Positions 55,883 through 64,000 of a DNA stretch of 64,000 nucleotides are shown here, one piece after another; the stretch's first letter is position 1, and every line of letters begins with the position of its first letter. The stretch is taken from assembly GCA_029265355.1 (NCBI GenBank), contig JAJUJL010000015.1, forward strand, positions 55,012 through 119,011, written 5' to 3'. The translations under genes and the position numbers were made by a program. Below the pieces are notes generated by a model. It made no database searches. It had not been told where the DNA came from and was given only the letters and a program-made list of their open reading frames with translations. Origin of the DNA: Chloroflexota bacterium. GTDB lineage: Bacteria; Chloroflexota; Anaerolineae; Anaerolineales; UBA4823.

Positions 55883-57469
55883 TCAGGCGCTGCGCAGCAG
55901 CCTGCCCCTGAGAAAAGCTGCCACACTGCGCACTTCCTGCACCCCGATCAGCCAGACGATGAGCAGGTAAACCAGTGTTCCCAGCAGCACACCAGCGCTT
56001 GCTGTCAGCCAGGCGGGGGCTTCGCCGGTAAACGACTGCCAGGCAATGATCACCGCCGCCATGCCCAGGCTGGCAATTCCTGATTGGTAGATGGCTTTCA
56101 ACAGGATCCTGGCCTGTAACCCATGTAAGCGTCGCCGCATCCAGTAGAGCAGACCGAGCATCTCCAGTGCAGTCGCCAATGAGTTTGCCAGCGCTAACCC
56201 GCCGTGGGGCATCCAACCCATCATATCAAATAGAGATGCGAACAGGTAGCTGAAGATCACATTCAGCACCATAGCCAGCGAGCCCACCAGGACGGGTGTG
56301 CGCGTATCTTGCAAGGCGTAAAAAGCTCGGGCGACCACTTCAACCACGCAATGTCCCACCAGGCCAACCCCATACCACAGCAATGCCCAGGCGACCAGGC
56401 TGGTGGATCTTTCGTCAAATTGTCCGCGCTGGTAGAGTAGGGTAATGATGGGTGTCCTCAGCAGGATCAGCCCAAGTGAAGCGGGAATGGCCAGCAGCAG
56501 CAGACCGCGCAGGCTGGCTGCCAGAGAGGCGCGCATCTCTTCCAATCGTCCCATCGCGGCCTGAGTCGAAAAAGTGGGCATGGCGGCGATGGCGATCGAT
56601 TGAGCGATGGCGGCCTGGGGCATATACATCAGCGTAAATGCTGTAACGATGCTGGTGTAGCTGCCTTCGACCATTTGCGAGGCCAGGCGGGCATTGATCC
56701 AAAAGTTGAGCTGAACCACGGCGACGCCCAAAAGTCGGGGCGCGAGCAGTCGAAACACGTTGTGAACTGCCGGGTCGGATAAACCGATGGTGGGAAAATA
56801 GCGCACACCTTGGCGCAGCAGGGAGGGAATTTGGGAGCCCAGATGGGCTGCAGAACCAATCAGTACTCCCCAAGCCAGCCCATAAATGCCTTGGGATGGG
56901 CTGATGAAGACCACCCCAAAAATCAAGCCGATTTGGTAGAGGGCGGGCGTCAGTGCTGGAGCCAGGAAAACCTGATGTGAGTTGAGGATTGCCATCACCA
57001 GGCCGCTAACGCCAAAGATGGCGGCAGAAGGGAGCATCATGCGCAGCAGGTCGATAGTGAGCGCTTCTTGCGTGGCATCCTGGGTGAACCCGGGCGCTAA
57101 AATGTAACGCACAATTTGAGGGGCAAACAAAGCTGCTGCGGCGCAGATAACCGTCATCGAAAGCAAGATCAGATTCAAGATCGAGGAAGCCAGCTTCCAG
57201 GCGGCGTGTTTGGAAGGTTCTCTGACCAGTAGCTGGGTGAAATTTGGGATGAAGGCTGAGGCCAACGCTCCCCCAGCCACAAGATTGAACAGCGTTTCGG
57301 AGACGCGGTTGGCGGCGTTGAAGGCATCCATATCTGCCTGGGTGCCGAAGGCATGGGCGACCAGGATTTGCCGGGCGAGTCCGGCAAGGTTACTCATAAT
57401 AAAGGCTGCCATTACCGTACCGGCAGCCCGGGCTATCTGCCTGTTTGCGCCTGCGATTGGAGCTCCCAT
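55883..57469 (-). CDS. murJ: Lipid II flippase MurJ
   Basis: 528 aa, 14-TM MOP-superfamily profile. N-terminus SNLAGLARQILVAHAFGT...DAFNAANRV. Confidence 0.9.
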   Translation of the reverse strand: MGAPIAGANRQIARAAGTVMAAFIMSNLAGLARQILVAHAFGTQADMDAFNAANRVSETLFNLVAGGALASAFIPNFTQLLVREPSKHAAWKLASSILNLILLSMTVICAAAALFAPQIVRYILAPGFTQDATQEALTIDLLRMMLPSAAIFGVSGLVMAILNSHQVFLAPALTPALYQIGLIFGVVFISPSQGIYGLAWGVLIGSAAHLGSQIPSLLRQGVRYFPTIGLSDPAVHNVFRLLAPRLLGVAVVQLNFWINARLASQMVEGSYTSIVTAFTLMYMPQAAIAQSIAIAAMPTFSTQAAMGRLEEMRASLAASLRGLLLLAIPASLGLILLRTPIITLLYQRGQFDERSTSLVAWALLWYGVGLVGHCVVEVVARAFYALQDTRTPVLVGSLAMVLNVIFSYLFASLFDMMGWMPHGGLALANSLATALEMLGLLYWMRRRLHGLQARILLKAIYQSGIASLGMAAVIIAWQSFTGEAPAWLTASAGVLLGTLVYLLIVWLIGVQEVRSVAAFLRGRLLRSA

Positions 57470-57521
57470 AGTTTTGATTATATCCGATCCAATGCTTGCA
57501 TCGGTGCAATGAAACCGCCAC

Positions 57522-57551
57522 TTGACTTAGAACAAACGTTCGTGTTATATT
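57522..57551 (+). promoter_or_regulatory. Promoter of the ATL-VOC genes
   Basis: TTGACT (57522-57527), 18 nt, TATATT (57546-57551). Confidence 0.45.
57529..57542. promoter_or_regulatory. Candidate LexA (Cheo-type) SOS box
   Basis: AGAACAAACGTTCG = GAAC-N4-GTTC dyad located in the promoter spacer. The only such dyad I found in the window. Confidence 0.45.
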
Positions 57552-57664
57552 TGGATTATCGACACACTCGTCACCTTTGGGTTGCGGAGACAGGCAGCAG
57601 CCAGCTACCGCCTTCCGATGCCGGGTGAGTTATTCTTTGACTACCTCCCCAAGAGAGGTGCAAG

Positions 57665-58030
57665 ATGCGTTATCTGAACCCAGCTATTCGAGAACAGTTC
57701 AACCAACAAGTGTGGGAGATCGTGCGCCGCGTCCCCGCTGGTTGTGTGATTACCTACGGCCAGGTCGCTTCACTGGCAGGAGTGCCGCCAGGGGTGGGCG
57801 TCGAAGAGTACCGCGCCTGGGGAGCGCGTTGGGTTGGAAGCGCTATGGCAGCCTGCCCCGAGGATGTGCCGTGGCAGAGGGTGGTGAACTCTCAAGGCAA
57901 AATCAGTCTGAGAGAGCCAGGCGGTGGTGAAACACAACGCCAGCGCCTGGAAGCAGAGGGCGTCGTATTTGATTCGAACGATCGCATCGACCTGAAACGC
58001 TTTGGCTGTCAGGCTGGCGATCTTCGTTAG
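57665..58030 (+). CDS. Alkyltransferase-like (ATL) / MGMT-family DNA-binding protein lacking the acceptor Cys
   Basis: MGMT C-terminal domain (VITYGQVASLAG...). The active-site PCHRV is replaced by PWQRVV. 121 aa. Confidence 0.8.
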   Translation: MRYLNPAIREQFNQQVWEIVRRVPAGCVITYGQVASLAGVPPGVGVEEYRAWGARWVGSAMAACPEDVPWQRVVNSQGKISLREPGGGETQRQRLEAEGVVFDSNDRIDLKRFGCQAGDLR

Positions 58031-58041
58031 GAGAGTGGTAG

Positions 58042-59148
58042 ATGGCGAGCAACTATCGTGGTCTTGGAAAAGTGCGCGCTCACGGTAAGGCGCGCATTGC
58101 AATCACACTTGAAGCCCGCGATGAGGAAGAGTTTCTCAGGCGCTGGCACAAGCCCGCTTATGACTATCCCTTCGAATGGGAAAGTGGTCAAAAATTTTGT
58201 GTGGAATATCGAGTTGCCGACTTCGCTGCTGAGGTTGGTTTTTATGTGGATGTGCTGGGGATAAATGTCGACGCCATATCACCTAGCAGGGCGCAATTTT
58301 CCAGTCCGGACCAGGATTTGGTGCTGGCGGTCGCTGCTGGAGATGAACGGCAACCGATCCACCCGCCTGACAATTTGCGGCTGCAGATGTTCATCAAGAA
58401 TCTGGAAACGACTGTCGCAGAACTGGAGAAGCGGGGCGTGGTCTTCGAATCCCCCGCCGAGCCGTCGTCATCCGATCCCAATCTGTTAGTCGCCACATTG
58501 CAGACACCCAATGGACTGTCGATCGAATTGTGGGGCTATCGGCAGGTTGCCCATCCCAGCCCAACCCCTGCGCATTCGACTCGGTTCGTCAGCCAGGTAG
58601 ATGTTGAGCTTGAGGATGCATCTGAGGATGAGATTGAAGAGGAAGACGAGGATGAACAACAATCTCCCGCTCATCTGCCTCTGTTCTCGTCCAGACCGAT
58701 CACTATCGAAGATTTGGAAGACGAGCTTGAAGAAGATGCGCGCGAGCTCAGCTCCTCGCGGACCGATCTCAATGAGAATCCTGATCTGGTCGACGAAGAT
58801 CAACTCGAACTGGGACTTGGGTTGTTGGATGATGGGCAGGAAGAGAACGAGGAAGATGATGAGGATGAGCGCCTGGAGCGGTTTTTGAGAGCATCAACGC
58901 GCCCGGCGGCTTATACCTTTGATGAACGGGTGGAGCCTGTCCAAGATCAAAAACCTGATAGGATGCCACGCACAGTGCCGGTGAAGAACCAGGGGCGCTT
59001 GCGGCGCTCCGGTCGAATTTCGACCAACGTGAATCTGCCTGGAAGAGTCAGTCGCCAGCAACCCCCGCAGCGATCCGGACATAGGGCTGAGCCTCCCCTG
59101 GTCGAGCCCACCTATGATGACATCGAGGAACAGGATCATATCCCTTGA
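58042..59148 (+). CDS. VOC (glyoxalase/bleomycin-resistance fold) protein with long acidic disordered C-terminal tail
   Basis: N-terminal about 175 aa is VOC-like (FYVDVLG...LSIELWGY). The remainder is low-complexity Asp/Glu-rich, then Arg/Pro-rich. Confidence 0.7.
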   Translation: MASNYRGLGKVRAHGKARIAITLEARDEEEFLRRWHKPAYDYPFEWESGQKFCVEYRVADFAAEVGFYVDVLGINVDAISPSRAQFSSPDQDLVLAVAAGDERQPIHPPDNLRLQMFIKNLETTVAELEKRGVVFESPAEPSSSDPNLLVATLQTPNGLSIELWGYRQVAHPSPTPAHSTRFVSQVDVELEDASEDEIEEEDEDEQQSPAHLPLFSSRPITIEDLEDELEEDARELSSSRTDLNENPDLVDEDQLELGLGLLDDGQEENEEDDEDERLERFLRASTRPAAYTFDERVEPVQDQKPDRMPRTVPVKNQGRLRRSGRISTNVNLPGRVSRQQPPQRSGHRAEPPLVEPTYDDIEEQDHIP

Positions 59149-59278
59149 CGCTGCCAGCTTCATATCCTGTGACATGCTGTTAGAATAAGACTCACCCGCT
59201 ACCGCGGACCGCGACGCGCCTGGAGAAGCCCTGACCCAATTCGAGTTCTACCCACTTACACAATCCCGCTGGCAGGAT

Positions 59279-59803
59279 TTGGAAACCCTGTTCGGCCCAC
59301 GTGGCGCGACAGGAGGATGCTGGTGCATGTTCTTCCGGCAGACGCAAACCCAATTCGAGCAGCAGAAAGGGGAAGCCAATCGTCAGGCTCTGAGGGCTAT
59401 CGTTGATCGTGGAGCAGTACCCGGGATCCTTGCCTATCAAGGGGGAAAACCGGTGGGCTGGTGTGCGGTTGCGCCGCGCTCCGAGTATTCCCGGTTGGCG
59501 CGCTCCCGGCTCTTTCAACCGCTGGATGATCAGCCTGTGTGGTCGATCGTGTGCTTCTTCATTGCTCGAACCCACCGTCGTAAGGGCCTGACCGTTGCCT
59601 TGTTAGGCGCAGCAATTGACTACGCACGCCAACAAGGCGCACGTATCCTCGAGGGCTACCCGGTTGATCCCAGTAGCACCAGCTCTCCAGACGTGTTTGC
59701 ATACACCGGCACACTTTCGGCTTTCCGTCGGGCAGGTTTCCAGGAAGTTGCTCGCCGCTCCCCCACCCGGCCGATCATGCGGTATCTGGTTAAGGAGGAA
59801 TGA
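59279..59803 (+). CDS. GNAT family N-acetyltransferase (start uncertain)
   Basis: GGCWCMFFR motif class of GNATs. RRKGLTVALLGAAIDYA. The frame is open from 59189 and homologous-looking residues (FYPLTQSRWQDLETLFG) precede the only start candidate, TTG 59279. Confidence 0.7.
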   Translation: METLFGPRGATGGCWCMFFRQTQTQFEQQKGEANRQALRAIVDRGAVPGILAYQGGKPVGWCAVAPRSEYSRLARSRLFQPLDDQPVWSIVCFFIARTHRRKGLTVALLGAAIDYARQQGARILEGYPVDPSSTSSPDVFAYTGTLSAFRRAGFQEVARRSPTRPIMRYLVKEE

Positions 59804-60369
59804 TGCTTCAACGCTGCGATTGGGCAGGCACTGACCCGTTGTATGTGGCATATCATGATGAGGAGTGGGGTGTTCCACTCCATGATGACCAAAAGCTGTT
59901 CGAATTCTTGATTCTGGAAGGCGCCCAGGCGGGTCTGAGCTGGTCGACCATCTTGAAAAAACGCGACAACTACCGCCGGGCTTTTGATCATTTCGATCCC
60001 AGGATTGTCGCGGGTTATGACGAATCTAAGCTCTCCGCTTTGCTCGCTGACGCTGGCATTGTGCGCAATCGTTTGAAGATCGCCGCGGCAATCAGCAACG
60101 CCCAATGCTTTGTAAAAATCCAGGAAGAATTTGGCAGCTTCGATCGCTACATCTGGCAGTTTAGCGGGGGAAAGCCCATCCGCAATGCCTGGCAGCGGCT
60201 ATCTGAGATACCCACTCACACACCCATATCGGATGCAATGTCTCGCGAGTTGAAAAGGCGAGGTTTTCGATTCGTGGGCTCTACGATTTGTTACGCCTTC
60301 ATGCAAGCGGTGGGCATGGTCAACGACCACATCGTGTCATGTTTTCGCTACGATCAAATCCAGGCGTAA
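59800..60369 (+). CDS. tag: DNA-3-methyladenine glycosylase I
   Basis: RCDWAGTDPLYVAYHDEEWGVP, EGAQAGLSWSTILKKR. ATGA overlap with the GNAT gene. Confidence 0.9.
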   Translation: MMLQRCDWAGTDPLYVAYHDEEWGVPLHDDQKLFEFLILEGAQAGLSWSTILKKRDNYRRAFDHFDPRIVAGYDESKLSALLADAGIVRNRLKIAAAISNAQCFVKIQEEFGSFDRYIWQFSGGKPIRNAWQRLSEIPTHTPISDAMSRELKRRGFRFVGSTICYAFMQAVGMVNDHIVSCFRYDQIQA

Positions 60370-60476
60370 TTCCATGCGGCGGATCCAAATAGACTGGGCG
60401 GTAGTCGCAGAAATCCAACCAGCAGCCCGAGTTTTGCCTCAAATCGTTAGCGGCGCGTGTCTGTGATAGAATCGTC

Positions 60477-60505
60477 GAGAGCCGGGTACGCCGCCCCCGG
60501 CTCTC
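60477..60505 (+). other. GC-rich stem-loop upstream of the ABC-2 operon
   Basis: GAGAGCCGGG-tacgccgcc-CCCGGCTCTC, followed by an orphan AAGGAGGAG. Confidence 0.5.
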
Positions 60506-60635
60506 TCTAAGGAGGAGAAGAAGAGAAATCGCCCTTCGATCCTTATGTTACCAAAGGCTGCCTGTCCCTGCTTGACGATTACCCTACGCTTACCCTACGA
60601 TCACCCATCAAAATTGCGAGCTACCAGGAAAAAAC

Positions 60636-61655
60636 ATGGAATTTGCAATCAAAACCGAAAATCTAGGACGTATCTACAAGATTCGCGGGGGTAAAAAAGA
60701 GGATCCCAAAGAACTGGTTGCGCTCAGCGGCGTGGATCTGCAGGTGGGCCGCGGCGAGCTGTTCGGGCTCCTGGGCCCGAATGGCGCTGGAAAGACAACC
60801 CTGATCAAGATATTGACCACGCTGCTTGCCCCCACCTCCGGGCGCGCCTGGGTGGCTGGCTTCGATGTGACCGAGCGAGTCAATGAGGTCCGCCAGCGTA
60901 TCAATATGGTTTCGGGCGGCGAGTCGTCCGGTTATGGCTTACTGACGGTGCGCGAGAACTTGTGGATGTTTGCCCAGTTTTATGGGCTGTCCAGCGCCGA
61001 GGCCAACCGGCGCATCAAAGCTCTGCTGAAAGTGGTCGGCCTGGATGACCGCATCAATACCAAGTCGTCTGACCTTTCGACCGGTCTGCGCCAAAAAATG
61101 AACATTGTGCGCGGATTCCTCACCGATCCGGATGTGCTTTTTCTAGATGAGCCTACCCTGAGTCTGGATGTGGGCGCCTCGCGGGATGTGCGCCGCTTCG
61201 TGCGCGAATGGGTTGACCAGGATCCTACCCGCACCCTGCTGCTCACCACGCACTACATGGTCGAAGCTGAAGAGCTGTGCGATCGGGTCGCGATCATTAA
61301 CAAAGGTCGGGTATTGGCCTGCGACACCCCTGCCAACCTGAAACATCGTCTGCAAAAGGATGTCATCTACCGCATGGAAGTCAGCCCTTTGAACAGCCTG
61401 GGAACCGCTCCCTTCGAAGCGCTGCCGGGTGTGCGCAAGGTGGTTCACCGACCGCAAGATGGCTTCTCTGTTTTGGAGCTGATCCTGGAGAAGGATGACG
61501 CCCTCAGCTCGGTGGTGGCCACGTTGACCTCGGCGGACAAGCACATCTTGAATTTGCAGAAGCGCGAGCCAACCCTGGAAGATGTGTTTGTTGACCTGGT
61601 CGGTTACAGCATGGAAGAGGTCGAGCAGGCAGAGGCGCCGGAGGCCAGTCAATGA
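60636..61655 (+). CDS. ABC-2-type exporter ATP-binding protein (DrrA-like)
   Basis: GPNGAGKTT, LSTGLRQK, LFLDEPT. C-terminal regulatory extension. Confidence 0.9.
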   Translation: MEFAIKTENLGRIYKIRGGKKEDPKELVALSGVDLQVGRGELFGLLGPNGAGKTTLIKILTTLLAPTSGRAWVAGFDVTERVNEVRQRINMVSGGESSGYGLLTVRENLWMFAQFYGLSSAEANRRIKALLKVVGLDDRINTKSSDLSTGLRQKMNIVRGFLTDPDVLFLDEPTLSLDVGASRDVRRFVREWVDQDPTRTLLLTTHYMVEAEELCDRVAIINKGRVLACDTPANLKHRLQKDVIYRMEVSPLNSLGTAPFEALPGVRKVVHRPQDGFSVLELILEKDDALSSVVATLTSADKHILNLQKREPTLEDVFVDLVGYSMEEVEQAEAPEASQ

Positions 61656-62551
61656 AGCGTGGCACCAGCCTTCAAACTCCGGAGTGGCCGGTTTCACTGC
61701 TCAAGCCGCAGAAGCCGGGGCAGCGCGTGCGCAAGGCCAGCGGCTGGCGGTTGTTCCTCAAAACGGTGCTGGCGCGCGCCTATCCACGCATCATCGGTCA
61801 GCAGCGGGAAAAATCCTGGATGTTCTTCGATGTCTTCTTGCCTTTGCTTTCCGTGGCGGCGTATGTGTATATTTACCGGGCGATCAAAGCACCGGCAGAG
61901 TACGTTGGTTTCGTGGTCATCGGCGGGGCAATGACCGCTTTCTGGCTGAATGTGCTGTGGAGTATGTCTTCCCAATTGTATTGGGAGAAAGAGCAGGGCA
62001 ACCTGGCGTTGTACATCATTGCGCCAAACTCGATGATGGCGATCCTGCTGGGCATGGCGCTTGGCGGGCTGGTTGCCACCACGTTGCGCGCCCTGGTGAT
62101 CACGGTGATTGGCAGTTGGTTGTTCCAGGTGCCCTATGCAATTTCCAGTTTCATCCAATTGTTTCTGGTGTTTACCCTGGCGCTGGTGGCTCTGTACGGC
62201 ATGGGGATGATGTCGGCTTCCTTCTTCCTGCTGCTCAGCCGGGAAGCCTGGCATTGGGCTAACCTGGCGCAGGAACCCATCTACCTGTTGTCGGGGTTTT
62301 ATTTTCCGATCAAGAGTTTCAGTTTTTGGATTGCGGCAGGCGCCTCGATTATTCCATTGACGTTGGGCCTGGACGCCATGCGGCAACTGATCTTTCCATC
62401 GGGAGCTGCCTTGGGCTTTCTCTCGGTGGAAGTCGAAATTGGGGCTCTGTTGTTAATGAGCGTGCTCTTTTTGCTGGGGGCACGCGCCCTGCTTGCCTAC
62501 ATGGAAAAGCTGGCGATCCAAGAGGGTCGGCTCACCGAAAGCCGGCGCTAA
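61652..62551 (+). CDS. ABC-2 family permease
   Basis: 6-TM ABC-2 profile. ATGA overlap with the ATPase gene. Confidence 0.8.
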   Translation: MKRGTSLQTPEWPVSLLKPQKPGQRVRKASGWRLFLKTVLARAYPRIIGQQREKSWMFFDVFLPLLSVAAYVYIYRAIKAPAEYVGFVVIGGAMTAFWLNVLWSMSSQLYWEKEQGNLALYIIAPNSMMAILLGMALGGLVATTLRALVITVIGSWLFQVPYAISSFIQLFLVFTLALVALYGMGMMSASFFLLLSREAWHWANLAQEPIYLLSGFYFPIKSFSFWIAAGASIIPLTLGLDAMRQLIFPSGAALGFLSVEVEIGALLLMSVLFLLGARALLAYMEKLAIQEGRLTESRR

Positions 62552-62658
62552 GTAAACCGCCGAAAGTGTTTAGAGTAAATCCGCCATTGCGTCGGCGGTT
62601 TACTCCAGGGTTTCGCCGGTGCTCGTTCACATTTTTGTAAAAACACTTCCGGCGAAAC
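62552..62658 (+). other. Structured intercistronic element: two tandem long-loop hairpins
   Basis: GTAAACCGCCGA (62552-62563) / TCGGCGGTTTAC (62592-62603). GTTTCGCCGG (62610-62619) / CCGGCGAAAC (62649-62658). Cross-complementary loop 8-mers AAGTGTTT (62564-62571) / AAACACTT (62641-62648). Confidence 0.55.
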
Positions 62659-62702
62659 ACCTAGCAGCCTAACGGAGCGAACTGAATAGAAGAGGTGCTT
62701 GC

Positions 62703-63587
62703 ATGACGATGGCCACATCTGAGCCGCTGAGAACTGCTGAACCCAAGCTGCTGCGCTCGTTTCGTTTAGCTGCCTGGCTTGGCTGGCAGATCGAATCGAA
62801 CTGGGCGGACCCTTTCCTGTTCGCCGTTTATTCGATCATCAAGCCGCTTTCCAGTGCGGCCATCCTGGTGGTGATGTACTCGATCATCACCCAGGCGGAT
62901 TTCCAGGCGCCAATCTTTGCGTATATCTACCTGGGGAATGCGTTCTATATCTATGTAGGCCAGGTGATGACGGGGATTTCCTGGGCGGTGATCGATGATC
63001 GCGAGCATTATAAGACCTTGAAGTATGTTTACCTGGCGCCGATCGATTATCCAGCCTACCTGCTTGGCAGGGGGGTGGCGCGCTTCCTGATCGGCTCGTT
63101 CTCGGTGGGGATCACGATCCTGTTCGGTGTGCTGTTCTTGAACCTGCGCATCGACCTGGCGGAAGTGAATTGGCCGCTCTTCTTATTCAGCCTGTTGGTA
63201 GGGGTGTTTATGCTGGCGATGATGGGGCTGCTCCTGGCGGGTGTACTGCTGCTCCTGGCGCACCACATGTGGGGCTTGGGCGAAGCGGTCGCTGGGGCGC
63301 TGTATCTTTTCACCGGCGCCATCTTTCCGCTCGAGGTGCTGCCATCTTTTTTGCGTCCGGTGGGATATATCCTGCCGGTGACCTACTGGCTGGAGCTGGT
63401 AAGGCGCTCACTGGTTGGACAGGTGGCGCAGGCTTTTCCAACACTGGCGGGCTACACCAACTTGCAGTTGGTTGGCATCCTGCTGGCGCTGACGGCTGTG
63501 ATGAGCGTGCTGGCTGTAGTCGTATTTCGCTGGTGCGAAGGCCGCGCTCGCGAACGGGGTTTGATCGATGTGGTAACGAATTACTAA
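62703..63587 (+). CDS. ABC-2 family permease (second subunit)
   Basis: 6-TM ABC-2 profile, paralogous in architecture to the preceding permease. Confidence 0.8.
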   Translation: MTMATSEPLRTAEPKLLRSFRLAAWLGWQIESNWADPFLFAVYSIIKPLSSAAILVVMYSIITQADFQAPIFAYIYLGNAFYIYVGQVMTGISWAVIDDREHYKTLKYVYLAPIDYPAYLLGRGVARFLIGSFSVGITILFGVLFLNLRIDLAEVNWPLFLFSLLVGVFMLAMMGLLLAGVLLLLAHHMWGLGEAVAGALYLFTGAIFPLEVLPSFLRPVGYILPVTYWLELVRRSLVGQVAQAFPTLAGYTNLQLVGILLALTAVMSVLAVVVFRWCEGRARERGLIDVVTNY

Positions 63588-63624
63588 AGAGCTTGAAAAT
63601 TCCAGAAAGGGACGCCCATCTGAT

Positions 63625-64000
63625 ATGGATATTTTGATTATCGGCGGCACTCGTTTTCTTGGCAGGGCGCTGGTTGAAGCGGCTTTGCCGCGCGGCCATC
63701 ACCTGACGTTGTTCAATCGCGGCCGCTCCAACCCTGGCTTGTTTCCAGAGGTGGAGCAACTGGTGGGTGACCGGGATGGAGGCCTGGATGTCCTGCGCAA
63801 CCGGCATTGGGATGCGGTCATCGATACCTGTGGTTATGTGCCGCGCGTGGTGCGCCAATCTGTCGAGCTGCTTGCCCAAAACATCGGTGGCTATGTGTTT
63901 ATTTCCTCGCTTTCGGTTTATGCCAGCACAGCTCAACCGGGTGTGAATGAAGATGCCCCACTGGCCGTGATGGAAGACGCACTCCGAGAGGAAATTACGG
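63625..64000 (+). CDS. NAD-dependent epimerase/dehydratase-like SDR (3' end outside window)
   Basis: My translation: MDILIIGGTRFLGRALVEAALPRGHHLTLFNRG...DAVIDTCGY...VFISSLSVYA. No stop before the window end. Confidence 0.75.
   Translation, partial: MDILIIGGTRFLGRALVEAALPRGHHLTLFNRGRSNPGLFPEVEQLVGDRDGGLDVLRNRHWDAVIDTCGYVPRVVRQSVELLAQNIGGYVFISSLSVYASTAQPGVNEDAPLAVMEDALREEIT

Noticed and set aside
60548-60685. 45-codon ORF (MLPKAACPCLTITL...) in the ABC-2 leader, overlapping the ATPase start.
   Set aside because: No SD at a proper distance, basic low-complexity sequence, and overlap with the promoter candidate. Likely non-coding.
61863-61874. 12-mer GTGTATATTTAC, identical to part of the TetR operator arm, inside the ABC-2 permease coding region.
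   Set aside because: A single half-site with no dyad partner or promoter context. It encodes YVYIYR within a TM segment. Treated as coincidence.

Overview
A 64-kb chromosomal segment from a high-GC (about 60%) bacterium. Gene content suggests Chloroflexota: archaeal-type HMG-CoA synthase/thiolase/DUF35 trio, class II HMG-CoA reductase, Hanks kinase, membrane PP2C, several near-leaderless genes. This assignment is inference only. I call about 57 protein-coding genes, three decayed gene relics (a SAM-methyltransferase, an RHS/YD-repeat toxin gene, an IS21 istA fragment) and a set of promoters, operators and terminators read directly from the sequence. I saw no rRNA, tRNA or CRISPR array. Gene blocks in order: ALDH / Ser-Thr kinase / GAF-PP2C / STAS signalling genes. 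TetR plus SDR. PadR plus membrane partner, divergent from a secreted S8 protease. A 5-gene peptide ABC operon ending in a CBS-ACT gene. An ArsR-rhodanese regulator. RHS relic. TrmH coupled to a GAF-GAF histidine kinase. The upper mevalonate operon. A lower-GC stretch bearing the IS21 relic and carrying DUF3592 and a NarL-type two-component system, which is divergent from an envelope operon (GxxxG mini-protein, CPBP protease, anchored alpha/beta hydrolase, Asp-box lipoprotein). A SWIM-SNF2 helicase. An MBL hydrolase. Two ChoD-like GMC oxidoreductase clusters. xseA/xseB split by a membrane ORF. murJ. An alkylation-damage cluster (ATL, VOC, GNAT, tag) behind a promoter containing a GAAC-N4-GTTC SOS-type box. 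An ABC-2 exporter. The most interesting observations: (1) the archaeal-style HMGCS/thiolase/DUF35 operon; (2) the two-component system plus GxxxG-peptide/CPBP envelope module next to the IS21 relic; (3) two cases where an autoregulatory operator recurs at a distant promoter in the window (TetR to the MBL hydrolase, ArsR-rhodanese to DUF3592); (4) the putative LexA-controlled ATL/VOC cluster. No complete known defence system, prophage or biosynthetic cluster could be supported. All functional calls rest on motif recognition by eye and need database confirmation.
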